Notes under the pieces: generated by a model | The model's database searches: none | Told to the model about the DNA's origin: nothing | The model's input: the letters and a program-made list of their open reading frames with translations, nothing else | Assembly: GCF_000150275.1 (NCBI RefSeq) | Contig: NW_002060946.1 | Span: 7,670,829-7,734,828, forward strand | Length of the DNA stretch: 64,000 nucleotides | Reading direction: 5' to 3' | DNA from: Trichoplax adhaerens | Lineage: Eukaryota; Animalia; Placozoa | Made by a program: the position numbers and the translations under genes | Part shown: positions 13,494-26,395 of the stretch, one piece after another | How positions within the stretch are numbered: the stretch's first letter is position 1 | Layout: the number at the start of each line of letters is the position of its first letter

Positions 13494-14843
13494 GTTGTAT
13501 AGTAATATTTAATCTACTGCAGTAGCTATCTACTGTATTGTTATGTACTCTATAAGCTAGCATATGCAAAAGATTTTATTTCCATTTGATCTATTAATGA
13601 AACAATGTGATTATTGATAGTTAATAATCGATATTTCTTTAGCCATCTTTCAAATTTATAGTTACTGTGATGCTATCGCGTATCATAGGTTTTAGTTGCA
13701 CCTTCACGTTCCATTATTAGTGGCACCCTTAAATTCAATTTTACCCCATTACCTAGGTAAGATAATCGACGAAATTACTGAGATTCTGTTTTAATTCTGG
13801 CTGATAACAGATTAATATTATAATATTAGTCATACTGCGAAATATAATTTTAAAGTAAATTTGTTTTATATAAATGGGTATATCCGACCACTATGAATTC
13901 TATTCTTACTTCATAATACCTTATTAATTTTTCTTCATAATTTTGCTAATTAATTCCATATTAAAGGGTTTATTTATTGAAACATATGAGTAGTAATATC
14001 AACAATATTTACGGTAAAATAAAGCACTCGGACATTTAAAGTTTGAAGACAACAGATGTTTTAATGCTAAATTTGACACAAACTACGATTATTCAATCTT
14101 ATTCCTTAAAATTGTTACATTAAATTAAACTGTAATTTATTATATAAAATTATAATTGATAGCATCATCGAGCACTTAAGCTGAGCTTTTGATTGGATAA
14201 CTCACTTAAGATTATAGCAACTACCGTAGCTATTCGTAAAAGTCTGTGGACAAAATTCAACGGTTACGTTAAGGTCATATTGGATATGATGTGAAAGGAT
14301 TATTATCTCTATATCAAAAGCTGTAAGTTGTTCATAAGGCTGATCATATTTGATTCTTAATTGTTCTAATTTGGGTTTAATTGATGATAATAAAAATTTT
14401 AACGTCAACATTTTATAATATTACTAGAAATGACAATGGCGATTTAGCCTACCTGCTAGTCTTATTAAAGTATGAATTATTCACTCAAATATGTTAGCAT
14501 ACAGCATTGGTAGAAAAATGAATGTACGCCAACACATTTTTGGCCTACCAATAGAAACGAACCTAGATTATAAAAACTGTATTATATAATTCTGAATAAG
14601 GGATAAATTCATTATAATAAATAAATAAGGATTTCTTTATCTATATTCGGTCTCTATTTTAAATATTTAATCTTAGTGGTTATACTCCATTGAAATTGAT
14701 TTAAAAAGTTTTAAACAATGCACCAATCATTGAAAAAAGTTTATTTAATTAGCCTTATAGTCAATCTACTAATCACTTATTTGTAAATTAAAACAGATTT
14801 AAACCGATATAGTCGAGAGATATCACTTTTCAACTTAGTAATC

Positions 14844-15809
14844 ATGGCAGAAAACCTAACCATTAATTCGACAAGTACTTCATCAAGCGATGTTATTATG
14901 GCATCCATCGGTGTTATTGGAGTTTTAAGTAATATCTTTTTACTAGTAATCATTATTCGTTCCAAAAAATTTCAAGATGTTTCTTATATGTTTGTTATCA
15001 ACGTAGCTCTCTCTGATTTTCTAACATCATTTGTCCTATGTTGCCTATTTTTACCCAAAATTTTAATTCCTGATTTCATGAGCTTTGTCGGCTATTCATT
15101 TTGTAAAATACTTTATTTCGTTTTTGCCTCTACATATGATGCTTCAGCTTTTAGTTTAATTATTATAAGTATATACAGATTTAAAATTATAACTGATCCT
15201 TTACATTATCGATCTAATTCATTTATATGCAAACACTCGGCTAAAGTGATTTTGATCATGTGGATCATCAGTGGATTGATTTCAGCGCCAGCCGCTTTAC
15301 TTACGACAACAACCTACATTGGGGAAGCACGCTGCGATGTCTATTACCCTTTCGGCTACATTCCCAATATTATTTATTTTACCTCTTTTTTCTTCATTAC
15401 TTATGTTATACCTTTAACTATGATGTCACATAACTATATTCGAATCAGCAAGGATCTTTATTCTCGTACTTATCCAAAAAATTACGGCAATTTATTGCGG
15501 GTTCGTCTACCAAGACATAATCGCAATAAAAGTGTTATTCAGTTTTTGATAGGTATTACATGCGCTTACATGATAACATCGGGGCCAATATTTCTTGGAC
15601 TTATGGTTTTATCTATAGCTGGTGGATCTTATACACAATTACGGGAAAGTAATTATTTGCTATCTAGATTGCTGGTAGCCTCTCTCGGAATATCGGCATC
15701 TACTTGTTTTATTAATCCAACTTTATGTCTAATATTTGACAAAAATATAAGATCAGAAATTCGGAGAATATTATATAAAACACCGCCTGAATCCGTCGTA
15801 TCAACTTGA
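14844..15809 (+). CDS. Intronless rhodopsin-family (class A) GPCR, 321 aa
   Basis: Seven hydrophobic segments, N-terminal sequons (NLT, NST), TM1 Asn, TM2 NVALSD, TM3 Cys and SIYRF, TM4 Trp, ECL2 CDVYYPFG, TM5 YVIP, TM7 INPTLC, helix 8 DKNIRSEI. Confidence 0.93.
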   Translation: MAENLTINSTSTSSSDVIMASIGVIGVLSNIFLLVIIIRSKKFQDVSYMFVINVALSDFLTSFVLCCLFLPKILIPDFMSFVGYSFCKILYFVFASTYDASAFSLIIISIYRFKIITDPLHYRSNSFICKHSAKVILIMWIISGLISAPAALLTTTTYIGEARCDVYYPFGYIPNIIYFTSFFFITYVIPLTMMSHNYIRISKDLYSRTYPKNYGNLLRVRLPRHNRNKSVIQFLIGITCAYMITSGPIFLGLMVLSIAGGSYTQLRESNYLLSRLLVASLGISASTCFINPTLCLIFDKNIRSEIRRILYKTPPESVVST

Positions 15810-18800
15810 ATAGATAAAATTTTATTCAGATTTTTAAAGGGGAAGCATATATGTTCGTCTTGTATGATTTTTCATCCTCTTCCACGTTTTGTTATTTATT
15901 CATTTAGATTAAAGTAATCATAAAATTGTTACGCTAGATGATGAAAGTAGTTTGGTGCTACGTTGATATGATTCCTAGTAGTATAGTGCTATGCAATATA
16001 ATTTAAGTATTCTATTGGCGAAAAATTGATATAAAAGGCGATTATGATTATCAGCAGGTATTGAAAAAAACGAATTAAACTATCTATTTATGCTCATTAT
16101 GTACGCTCTACTCATGTGCGTGATTTACGTGAAATTAAAATTTTTTAAATTAAATTATATCAAGATGTTTTCTGTAGATCATTTTTTAGCTTATTCGTAA
16201 TAGAGTATCGTAGATATGAGTATAGAACGTGTACTAGAAAAAATTACTTTTTAGAACGTAAATTAAAAATTTTTTTATATAAACATGTAAAGACGTTTTC
16301 TTGGATATAAGAAAGCTCATGAGAGAAAAGGAAAGGCTTCCATGATATGAATGATAGTTTTATTAGAATGTTGCATTGTATACAATTTTGGCACGTAAGC
16401 TGGTGTCTTAAGCCCAGTAATCGACAGCGTCTATATTACAAAAAACGTTAAGGCTACAAAAGTAACAAAAGTAGGCTTGCAGATATTTCTACTGCCTAAA
16501 TAGTTATTACTTTCGTAGATTAGCGTAAGGTGTTAGTTGCACGAAATCATTCATCAAAAAAAGGATGTAAGGCATGAAAATCGTTACGCTTTATTTTTTA
16601 GCAGATCTTACTCATGATGACAATAAATGTTGCTAAGTTACTCTATCTAGTTTCAGCTACGTCAATATGATCAAGACTTCCTTTTAGGTATAAAAATACT
16701 TTGTCTCTAATGTATGTTACTAATAAATAATTACGCAATTGTGTAGATGTTATGGTAAATTATTTTGATGCTACGACGTGATTAAAATATTTAGATCATC
16801 TATTATACAATTATTAATTAGGTGGCCAATATCTTTAGCTCTTTAAGGAATTTTGCAATTGTCAGTTTCCTAGTCCTTTTGTTTAAATTTCTAAACTACT
16901 ATTAATAACAGTCATCTACTATGAAATGCGTCGATGATTCTAGCGAGACATAATACAGATTAGTACTGCTGCTAGTCATACCATCCATCCCTTATTGTAA
17001 ATCCATTATTCCTCCTAATCGTAAAGACTTATTAGCGTAGGTAAATTCTGCGTTGTAAAGTGCTAGAAATGTTCGTTTTTAATCTATCTATTTTAAAAGC
17101 GGTATGTTTGTAGTATTTCAATGCTAAAGTAATAAAATATTTAAGCAGTGAGGTAATAGCTATTAATTAAGCTCTGGTATTGTTCTAATAAAGATAATAG
17201 AAGTATCATTGCTAGTAATTAGTTATTGTCTATATTTCTTTCCTGTATATTATTACTAACAATAAGATCAATTTATCCGAAATTAAAGTATCGTTAAAAT
17301 TGCAAGTTTTACTATCATCAAAGTATTTACTGGACGGACTACGTACGGTAGTGATTTTCTGATGCACTCTTCTTGCTTGTAGTTGGATTATTGAATAAAC
17401 TAGCCACAATTGCAATATCAGTGCTTCATATTACGAATTCTTTAACTTTTATATGGCTATTAAGGAAGCTGTTCGTACGCTACAGTCAAATAACTCAAAA
17501 ATTTCAACATATTGAGCTTGATGCAAATCAAGAGTTTTACTGCCTGGTTAAAATTTATCGGCCACATTTATATTTATCAAATAGAAGGATTTGCAGCCTG
17601 ACCTTTCGGAATTCTAACTTCTTTAATTTATCAGGAAACTATGAAGGTTAACTGCGGTTTACAAAATGACCAAGACTTACTGCAGATTTTGATTGATCTG
17701 AATCAACTTAAACCACTACTGTATGTCTTTTCCGTGATCCCCGTTCTTAGATCATACTTACTCATTTTTGAGACAATCAGATAACCTGTATTCATTTGAG
17801 AAGGGTTATTATTTAAACCACAATTTGTAGCTTAGATTTTTAGAGCCAAGGTTAGAAGAGCTATCGCTTGATCTTACCAGTGCTTTATTCGATTCTAAGT
17901 TAGCAACATTTTACCAAAATTACTTCCAATGTTATTGAAACATTAAAATATCATATAATTATAAAGGTAGTAGACATTTTACGTGCTTCAGAGCAGTAAT
18001 CAAGCTTCAGTATCTCAGCACATAAGGAAGTAAACATTGATCCCTAATAAATGTATCTATTAAGTATAGAGAGTGATTAAAAATTAAATATAACTTTAGT
18101 TTCATTGATGGATGGGATATTTATCAAAGTAATTTTAATGATGTCCTTCCCCGGAATTGTCTTTTTTCGGACACGCACATAAGATTAAAGTCCTGTAATG
18201 GTAGTCTGCTGATAATAATGTAAATATCTCTGCTGCAAATAAGTTACTCATAATAAGAAACATTTAGACATTACTATTGAGTTGTATATGAGTAGCCAAT
18301 CATAAATTTTTACTTGAAATCAAGTTCATATTTTTATTATGCGTATCTGAAATTAATTTAAAAACATAATGTACACCAAACTTTCATGATCCTGATATTA
18401 TAGCAAGAGCGCGTATCCATTTTAAATCTTTTCAAAAGACTAATTTTATTTATTGAGAAAGTATAGTGCTTTTTTAACTTTTAAAAACAATATAAGTGAT
18501 TGCTAATTGTAATATCCTTCGTTCTATAAGTACTTGTAAATATAACTAGGTGAATTTTATGATAATACACATTCGCTATCGGTTGTTGACACATAACATG
18601 TTATATACTGGGCCTGCCACTGCAATAGATCTGCAAAGACACTACAAATTTTCTTACTATTAGTTCGGAGTAATGGTTGCACTGGTTTAAGGGAGTTTTA
18701 CCGAGTTATAAAATATTTCTTACCATATTATCAGAATAGCAGTTTTTGTTCGTTAAAATTTTGGTTGGAGTTTTATTGAAATGAAATTATCTACCATATA

Positions 18801-21484
18801 TTCATTTAGGTATCTGTATAGATTTCTGCTTGTTTTGCTGCTCATCTTAGCAGGAATAATTCATTACTTATCTTATATCATCGCTGAATAGCTGATCAAA
18901 ATAATCGTAATCACCTTGATAAATTGCAGTGTCTACCTTAATATTACCGTTACATCACTAGAATCTGAGAGCGGGCCAATGAATGAATCATATATGTAGA
19001 AAACTGGAGCAGGTTTGTTTATAACAGAAATATCTTAGCGATATTGTCTAAAATTTCTTTATATAAAATATACTATAGCAGCAAATTAATAATGTGTTAG
19101 TCAATACGATGCTTACACTATCATGCTGCTTGCTTACAAACGTAGAATGTAAATTAACAATTTGATCATACAGTTTCTAAAGTATCGCAATTTGTTACGC
19201 TAATGCAGCGCTTCGATCTTTACTTGGCTATTTTATTTCTTACCCAATTTCCTATGTAAAATATCACTAAGGCTGTAGCCTCTTTGCAATTTGTATTAGT
19301 CATTGAAATTTTTATTATTATTTTATCATGATTTCACACTGTATCAAACGTTTGAATTTCTTTTGGAATATAATAGCATCGATTATAATTCAGTGATACA
19401 ATTGGAGTCCTGTTCTATATAATATACATACGATATTAATGCCAGATAATGCCAATGACGATTCTTTCTGTCATTATAATAATTAAAGTATTGTCATTGC
19501 AGTTGATTTATATTATCAAATTATTACTAATAATGAAATAAATGTTCAATACACTAACAATAAGATGACTATCTGAATACCCTATAGCTATTACTATACA
19601 CCTCAGAGGTTACGAATGGTTCAAAACGTCGATAAGCTTATTTTCTCAAATAGCGTATTTAAAATTACTGCTTAAAGTTTTTCGATTCCCCTTCCTCTTT
19701 ATATGAGCTTAAGAATTTACATACTGGCCTGGTTTATTGATTTCGCTATGCTGCATTACGAAACGCAGCTGCTTGTACTGTTTAAAAGAAATTCTACTTG
19801 ACTAGCAATGGTTACTGCTATAAAGTGCTATTTCTATCCCTACCCTTAAACAGTCCCTTAATACGTTATCTTCTACATGCAGCGGTTAAAAAAATAGTTT
19901 ATTACTTGCTGTTACTGTGCTCGATATTTCTTGAATATTACTAAATATGAGTGGCTGGCATCCGAGTATTCGTGTAATATGGAATTTAACTATATGTAAA
20001 CTTGATAATTAATTTTAAATCCAAGTTCCACTGAGACTAATGTAGAGCACGCTGTCATGAACATACAATAATTAGAAGTAACAAAATCAATTTAACCTAA
20101 ATCCGTGTCTCCTGACTCAACTCTATAGTATAGGAATAGCTTAGTTTCCTTATACAGATTCTCCTGAAGTTAGTCGGAGATTAAGAAGAGTAGATAAATT
20201 AGATTATGTCCGATGACGAAAACTATTTTGTGACACTTGCTTAAAGTTGTTGTTGAATACTAGCACAAGTGCCGTTCAAGTGAACCGCTAGAGAAAATGC
20301 TCGCTATTCCAGTGCTATTATCTACATATTTATGTTATATATATATTTTTATTTGAAAATTGAATATTCTGGCATATTTATTGTAATTATGAATAAATGA
20401 ACTTTAGAAGTGATCTGTTTATAATATAGATAATAAGTGTTCTGCGGCAAATTATTCTCTGCGAATGAGATGCTGTATTTTATTTACAGCAAGATATCAC
20501 AATGAAGCCCCTTTTAAATTAGCCAGTATTTTATATTCATTATTACACAACATATGGACAAATATGTTAGCCAAATTCTTCTTCTTAATGAAATGATCTC
20601 ATAAACTAATCTACTTTATCGCATAGATTCATCATCCAGCTCTATACTTACTATGGCTCATTGAAAAAATTCTACAATTGTGTATTGATGTCAAGCTATA
20701 CGACTAATACCATACATCATTATTGAGGAAATAAATTAAGAAATAAATTCAATTAAAACAATTAATAACTTTACATTGAGGTGAAAGTAGTTTATCATTA
20801 TAAAATTCAAAGCGGAATACTGCCCAAAACCGATGTGCGTCGTGAGCTTTAGTATTCTCAGTTACATAAGCATTGATCATTAGCTATAACGCTGAAGTTA
20901 ACCTTCCGCAGAGAGTTACGTCAAGTGGCTCTTACAGGGTAGAAACCCCAACTCGGCATGATTGTCAACTCTCAAATCGGTGATTTTAATAGTAGACTAA
21001 ATATGTAGTATATAAATCCAGATGGTAGAGAAGCTGTCAGTCGTCATTTGGCACTGTAGTCAAACGTTTTCGTCCTTTAATCTGTAAAACTCCTGGCTTT
21101 TATACTCTCTCTTCAAAGGATTGTGCGGTAGAGTATCTGTATGCAGTAATCGAACTCTTTGAAAGATATTATCTTTTTTATAAGAGAAATCAAAGGTCAG
21201 ATCGTGTTTTCTGATTATGACTGCTTCGGGTTAAATGTGTGTTCTGACACATATAAAATAGAGCATAAAGCGATACAAATTTAGGTCTTAGAATATACGA
21301 TAGCCATATCTTTTATTAGTATCAATTTACATGTATAAGCGAGTATATTGGTAACAATATCACACTCTAGTAGTGTGGCCAATTAAAGTATTTGTTATAG
21401 TTTAAAAAGACTCTTATGCTATTTTAGTGAGTTGTAAGAGTTATTTCTTAATCGCAGATCAAGATGATTAGTTATTTTACCTAC

Positions 21485-22002
21485 TGTAATGTAACTAGTA
21501 TTGTGATTGTAGACTGTTAGCCATGTTTAGTGTAATGTACGGTAGATATTTATCCTAAGAGATATTTGGTAGCTATAAATATAGACTGTAGTGGTATAGA
21601 CTCTATGCTAGAGTACAGATGACTATATACAGTAAGGTGTTGAGTTACTAATAAGGCTATAGGTAATAATAGAACTGTAAATCATATATTAGGATATGGT
21701 TAATTCATCGCACTTTAGCTGGTGTGAATAATGTCTACGTAAGTACAGTATTCGTATCCATATTGGATTAATGATGGTCCGCAGTAGAATAGTGTTACTA
21801 AGAATAATTTAACTATGTGTAAAATAAGGTAAAAGGTTGCCATGCGGATTGTAGCTGTGAATGCTACGAAAAGTATAAAAGCATGCAACTTTATATTATT
21901 GTGTTAGTTCGTTGTAGAAGTCTTTAGTAGTAGTATTCGGCTAAGTAGAGCTGTATGTAGTTAATCTTTGTATAAGATTCAGTAAAGCTCTTATTTTATT
22001 AA
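21485..22002. mobile_element. Family C LTR-like repeat, copy 2 (inverted relative to copy 1)
   Basis: Begins TGTAATG. Reverse-complement match to 6516-6639 plus 7061-7462. Confidence 0.8.
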
Positions 22003-23624
22003 AATTTGGAATTTCGTGATCAGCATATATCACTCCTACCCAATAAGTTTGCATGTTTATTATGTCTACTTTACAACTGCGAATAGGATATATCACATAT
22101 TTCATATCATAATCTAACGTGGTTCTTTCTCAACGCTGAATATATCAATAAGCTTTATTTCTTTTACAAAATCCTGCCTAATTCTTTGACGTAATGAGGA
22201 ATTTACTATATTTAGAAAAACTACACGAAGTCCTGGTGTTATGAAATGAAATTTCCGCTAGTTAAGTTGATATAGTTTCTATATTATACGCTTACTACAA
22301 CTATAAATTATTCTTTTGACTATAGCAGCATTTTCACTTACGCATAAGATTTGCACTATGTAAGTCCATTGAAGAGACTTTAGATAAAATAGTTACCGAA
22401 ATGTATTTCTAATAAGTTATCATTTGTTATGAATAGATTATCGACTACTATCTTAGTTGCAAAAATATTATCGCATTCCTTGGTATTTGCATTATCCTAT
22501 TAGTAAACCATTAGTTATGTTAAACTATGTAATGGTATACTATGAACAATCAAGTTTTGTTCGGTGCTCTAGCTTTACTGCATTCGTCTGGAAATTTCCG
22601 GCAAATCTTCCTTGTTGCATAATAGAACAGTTTCGGAAAAGTAACTTAAGGTAATGTTTATTTTTTAATGGAAATATAAATAACAGCCTGCTCAATAATT
22701 GTTAAAGAAATTACGACTTACATCTGCGCATTTTGCTAATATTTGCAAGTACTATAAATTAGCCCAGCATTTTCTAATTAGGTGTGTCTAACTATCAATG
22801 TGAGCGAATTAACATCTAATTGATGCTTACTAATCGATTGATGAATAATCTTTATAGCGTGAGGTAGTGATAAGATATAGAATATAGATCATCTTATATA
22901 ATATTATCACGTATGGATCGTTAATAATGATTTCATGATATGCTATTTATTCGTATTTAACTATTCAAATGGTTACCTGAAGATGTAAGATCATTCCTAT
23001 ATTGAATATTATTAAAATCAGAAGAAAAATACCAATATGACAAGAACACCAATAATTAATGAAGATACAAATGTACTGCTAAATGTGCTAGAATTTCTAT
23101 CACATTATTAGAAATGATATCAAAACTTTAGTTTCAGTTGTAAAATACTTTATAAATTTACCGGGGCGTAGTTGAAATCCTAATAAACCTAATTATATTT
23201 AGTTAAATGAAAAATTCACGCAAATCAATTACTGCAGCTATTAATGCAAATTAATTGTCAACATCGCTATATACCTTTTGAGTAATAAATTGAATTAATT
23301 ATTTGTTTACCGCCTTAAACTTCCCGAATTTCGGTCAATTGAAGAAACTTTTTGGGTTAAATTATACGAATTATTATATGAAGCTTGATTGCTCTGACAG
23401 AACTGTTTGTAGGAGTGTTAATGGAAGAATAGGTGATTGTATAATAATTATGTGCAGATTAGTAAATAATTATCACTTAATGATAAGAAATGTCGATGAA
23501 ATAATTTAAAATAAGAAGGAAGTGGTATCAGCATAAATTTATTACGCTGATTTAGTTACTGAACTATTTATTAATAGCATGCAACTACTAAACCTGCAAT
23601 AGCTAGAAAATCGATGTTGCTACG

Positions 23625-24254
23625 TGTCACAAAACAGCTTTGCAACAAGATAACGTAATGTATGATTAATAAATCAATTCCTTGATCCACGTATCAAGGA
23701 ACGATATCTGCACTATCACAAACACTTTTGCTCTACTAGCAGACTACACAAAGACTTAGACGCCTCATAATTTACGTTAAACACCAACTATAAAAATCGA
23801 CTTTATTACACGATATACTGCATTTATATACTATTCCTCAATAGTTCATGAGTTATAGTTAGTACGATTGACTTTGGAATCATTCACTGAATTAGATATT
23901 AATTGTAGCTACTGCTCTCTTAATGCAGACAACAGTATTTACGAACATAGACATGTAATGACTAATACAGAATAGTCAGATTACGATATGTCCAATCACG
24001 GAACATTTCCATGATAACTTACGATCTACCATAAGTAAATTACAATCACAATGATTCGAACTGTAAGTAGATGATTTACATTCCCTAATATAACTATTAA
24101 TTTCAGTATGTGTATAAGTGTCACTGTCATAAACAGTCAGTACTATATTAAAACACAATATATCCACATAAGAAGTTAACTAAATAAGGATAGGCTAACA
24201 GAATTATCCTAACATAGATATTTCTACTCTGATACAGTATATAACACTGTCACA
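23625..24254 (-). mobile_element. Family A solo LTR-like element, copy A2
   Basis: TGTCACA at both ends, TSD CTACG (23620-23624 / 24255-24259), reverse-complement homology to A1 and A4. Confidence 0.92.
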
Positions 24255-25444
24255 CTACGACATCAGTATTACTTAAAAATAAATTAAAAGAAATCATGCT
24301 TGCGGATAATACTGTCTACTAAAATAACACATGCCGTACTGTACATGAATTATTTAAATAACAACTTTGAATTACACTTTTACCTTCAAGATAAAGTCAA
24401 CCGATGTAATACCGGAGCACTCATATGGTAAATTAACTCGAAAGGTACCAGTTTGGAGGAGCTACCCAAGTATTCGATGATTTAAAGATAACCCTATATT
24501 AAGCTATTGTTCCTAAGTACAATATACTATTTAATATTTTTGTGTTTCTGTTAAATTTACCTAAATTAAGACAATACTAAGAACTGATTTTCATATCGGA
24601 TTGCTTTCATAATACAACTAGAGGCAATAACGATAGACAAAAGAAATAATTGACATGGTTGACGCTACGCGCCCAATTATTATATATGTTATATAGTAGA
24701 AAGTTAGTCATTTTTGCAAATTCTAACGAAATCAAATTTTTAATATCTTATTATGGAGATACCATGCAAATAAACTATGTATAAATGTTAGAATATCTTT
24801 CTACAACTTGACAACTCTAAAACTGCCCACGCTTTAAGAATTTCTGAAGTTACCTGTTTACTAATAAAATTAACATGAATACCAGCAATAACCACTTATC
24901 AACTATCAATTACATATAACAATGCTAGACCTTATTATCTTTGTCCCTCTTCAGGTTTATAATAGGGTATATTAGTCAGAAATTGGCTGCAACTATCGGG
25001 CTAGCTATCGGATTTTTCTTTCTTATTGAGCAAATAGAATTAAAAAATTTTTAGTTTAGAAATAAAAGATCTTGCATACTCAAACATCTATTGTTCAGAT
25101 TATTAGCTACTAATTAATTTAAAACATCTTGCACCGTATCAATTGCCCATTAGTTCTTAAGTTTGCATAATAAACTAATTAAGATATTGAATTAAATTAA
25201 AAAATTTCAATTCAATTAGTGCGATATTATCCTTTTACCAGGTACCTGCTCATGTCGATTCTGTTAATTCTGAATTAGTACGTGATCTCGATTTAGATTT
25301 ATAAGCATGATTTATTCAACTAGTTAATACTTTCCTAGGTAGTATTTATTGCTATTATTTGTAACTTGCACAGAAGCAGTCATTACTAGGGTCAATCTAA
25401 CTTTTGGTAACTACCGAATTAAGTGAAAATTGGTGCGGAAAGCG

Positions 25445-26395
25445 ATGGCAAACTTTAATATTTCTGCGCCTAGTACTAATTCTAATGCAACAGCCAGCCC
25501 ATTGGCTTCTGTTTTGACCTTTACCGTGTCCTTGCTTGGAGTCTTGGGAAATTTTATTTTACTTTCAGTAATATTAACAGCTAAGAAATTGAAAGATCCT
25601 TCATATACTTTTATTACAAACGTTACTGTTTCAGATCTACTAATGGCTCTTCAAGTTTGCTTTTTGTTTTTACCAAATAATCTCACTAAGCACTTCTTCT
25701 TTTATAATGGTATACTTGCCTGTCGGTTACTTTATTCCGTCTTCTACGCTTCCTATAATGCTTCTGTCTTCAGCCTAACTATGATTAGTATTTATCGTTA
25801 TAAAATCGTAATAAAACCTTTAAGATATCGGTTATCACCGTCTAGTTTTAAATATACTAAGATAATTATTATCTCTATATGGATCGTTAGTATTTTAAAT
25901 TGTATCCCAACATTTCTATTAACAAATTATTCTTTAAAGTATAAAGTCTGCGACGTATCTTATCCTTATGGAACAGCTTTCAACATTTTCTATTACGTTT
26001 CTGTTTTTACAGTAACTTACATACTGCCAGTTCTGATAATGTTGGTTAATTATATTAAAATTGGTTGTAAATTATCATCTCAAACTAGTCCTCTGACCCA
26101 TACTTTCACTGATGCGAGGCAAATATCGATGAGATCAAAAGCTGTCGTAAAATTTTTAGTTGGGGTTACAGCAGTTTACATGCTGTTGTCATGGCCTTTT
26201 GTATTTGGTATCATGGCAATGTCTATTGCAAAGACAACTATTAGCCAACTAATTCAAGATTTCTCTATTGCACCTCAATTGCTAACGTATTCGTTTGCAA
26301 CATCGATGTTGGTTAGTATTATTAATCCAATACTATATTTGATGTTTGATAAGAATATCAAGTCCGAAATTCGTCGGAAAATTTATAAAATTTAA
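25445..26395 (+). CDS. Intronless class A GPCR, 316 aa from the first ATG
   Basis: ATG at 25445 (the ORF track starts at an upstream TTG). GVLGN, NVTVSD, SIYRY, CDVSYPYG, YILP, SWP, INPILY, DKNIKSEI. Confidence 0.93.
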   Translation: MANFNISAPSTNSNATASPLASVLTFTVSLLGVLGNFILLSVILTAKKLKDPSYTFITNVTVSDLLMALQVCFLFLPNNLTKHFFFYNGILACRLLYSVFYASYNASVFSLTMISIYRYKIVIKPLRYRLSPSSFKYTKIIIISIWIVSILNCIPTFLLTNYSLKYKVCDVSYPYGTAFNIFYYVSVFTVTYILPVLIMLVNYIKIGCKLSSQTSPLTHTFTDARQISMRSKAVVKFLVGVTAVYMLLSWPFVFGIMAMSIAKTTISQLIQDFSIAPQLLTYSFATSMLVSIINPILYLMFDKNIKSEIRRKIYKI

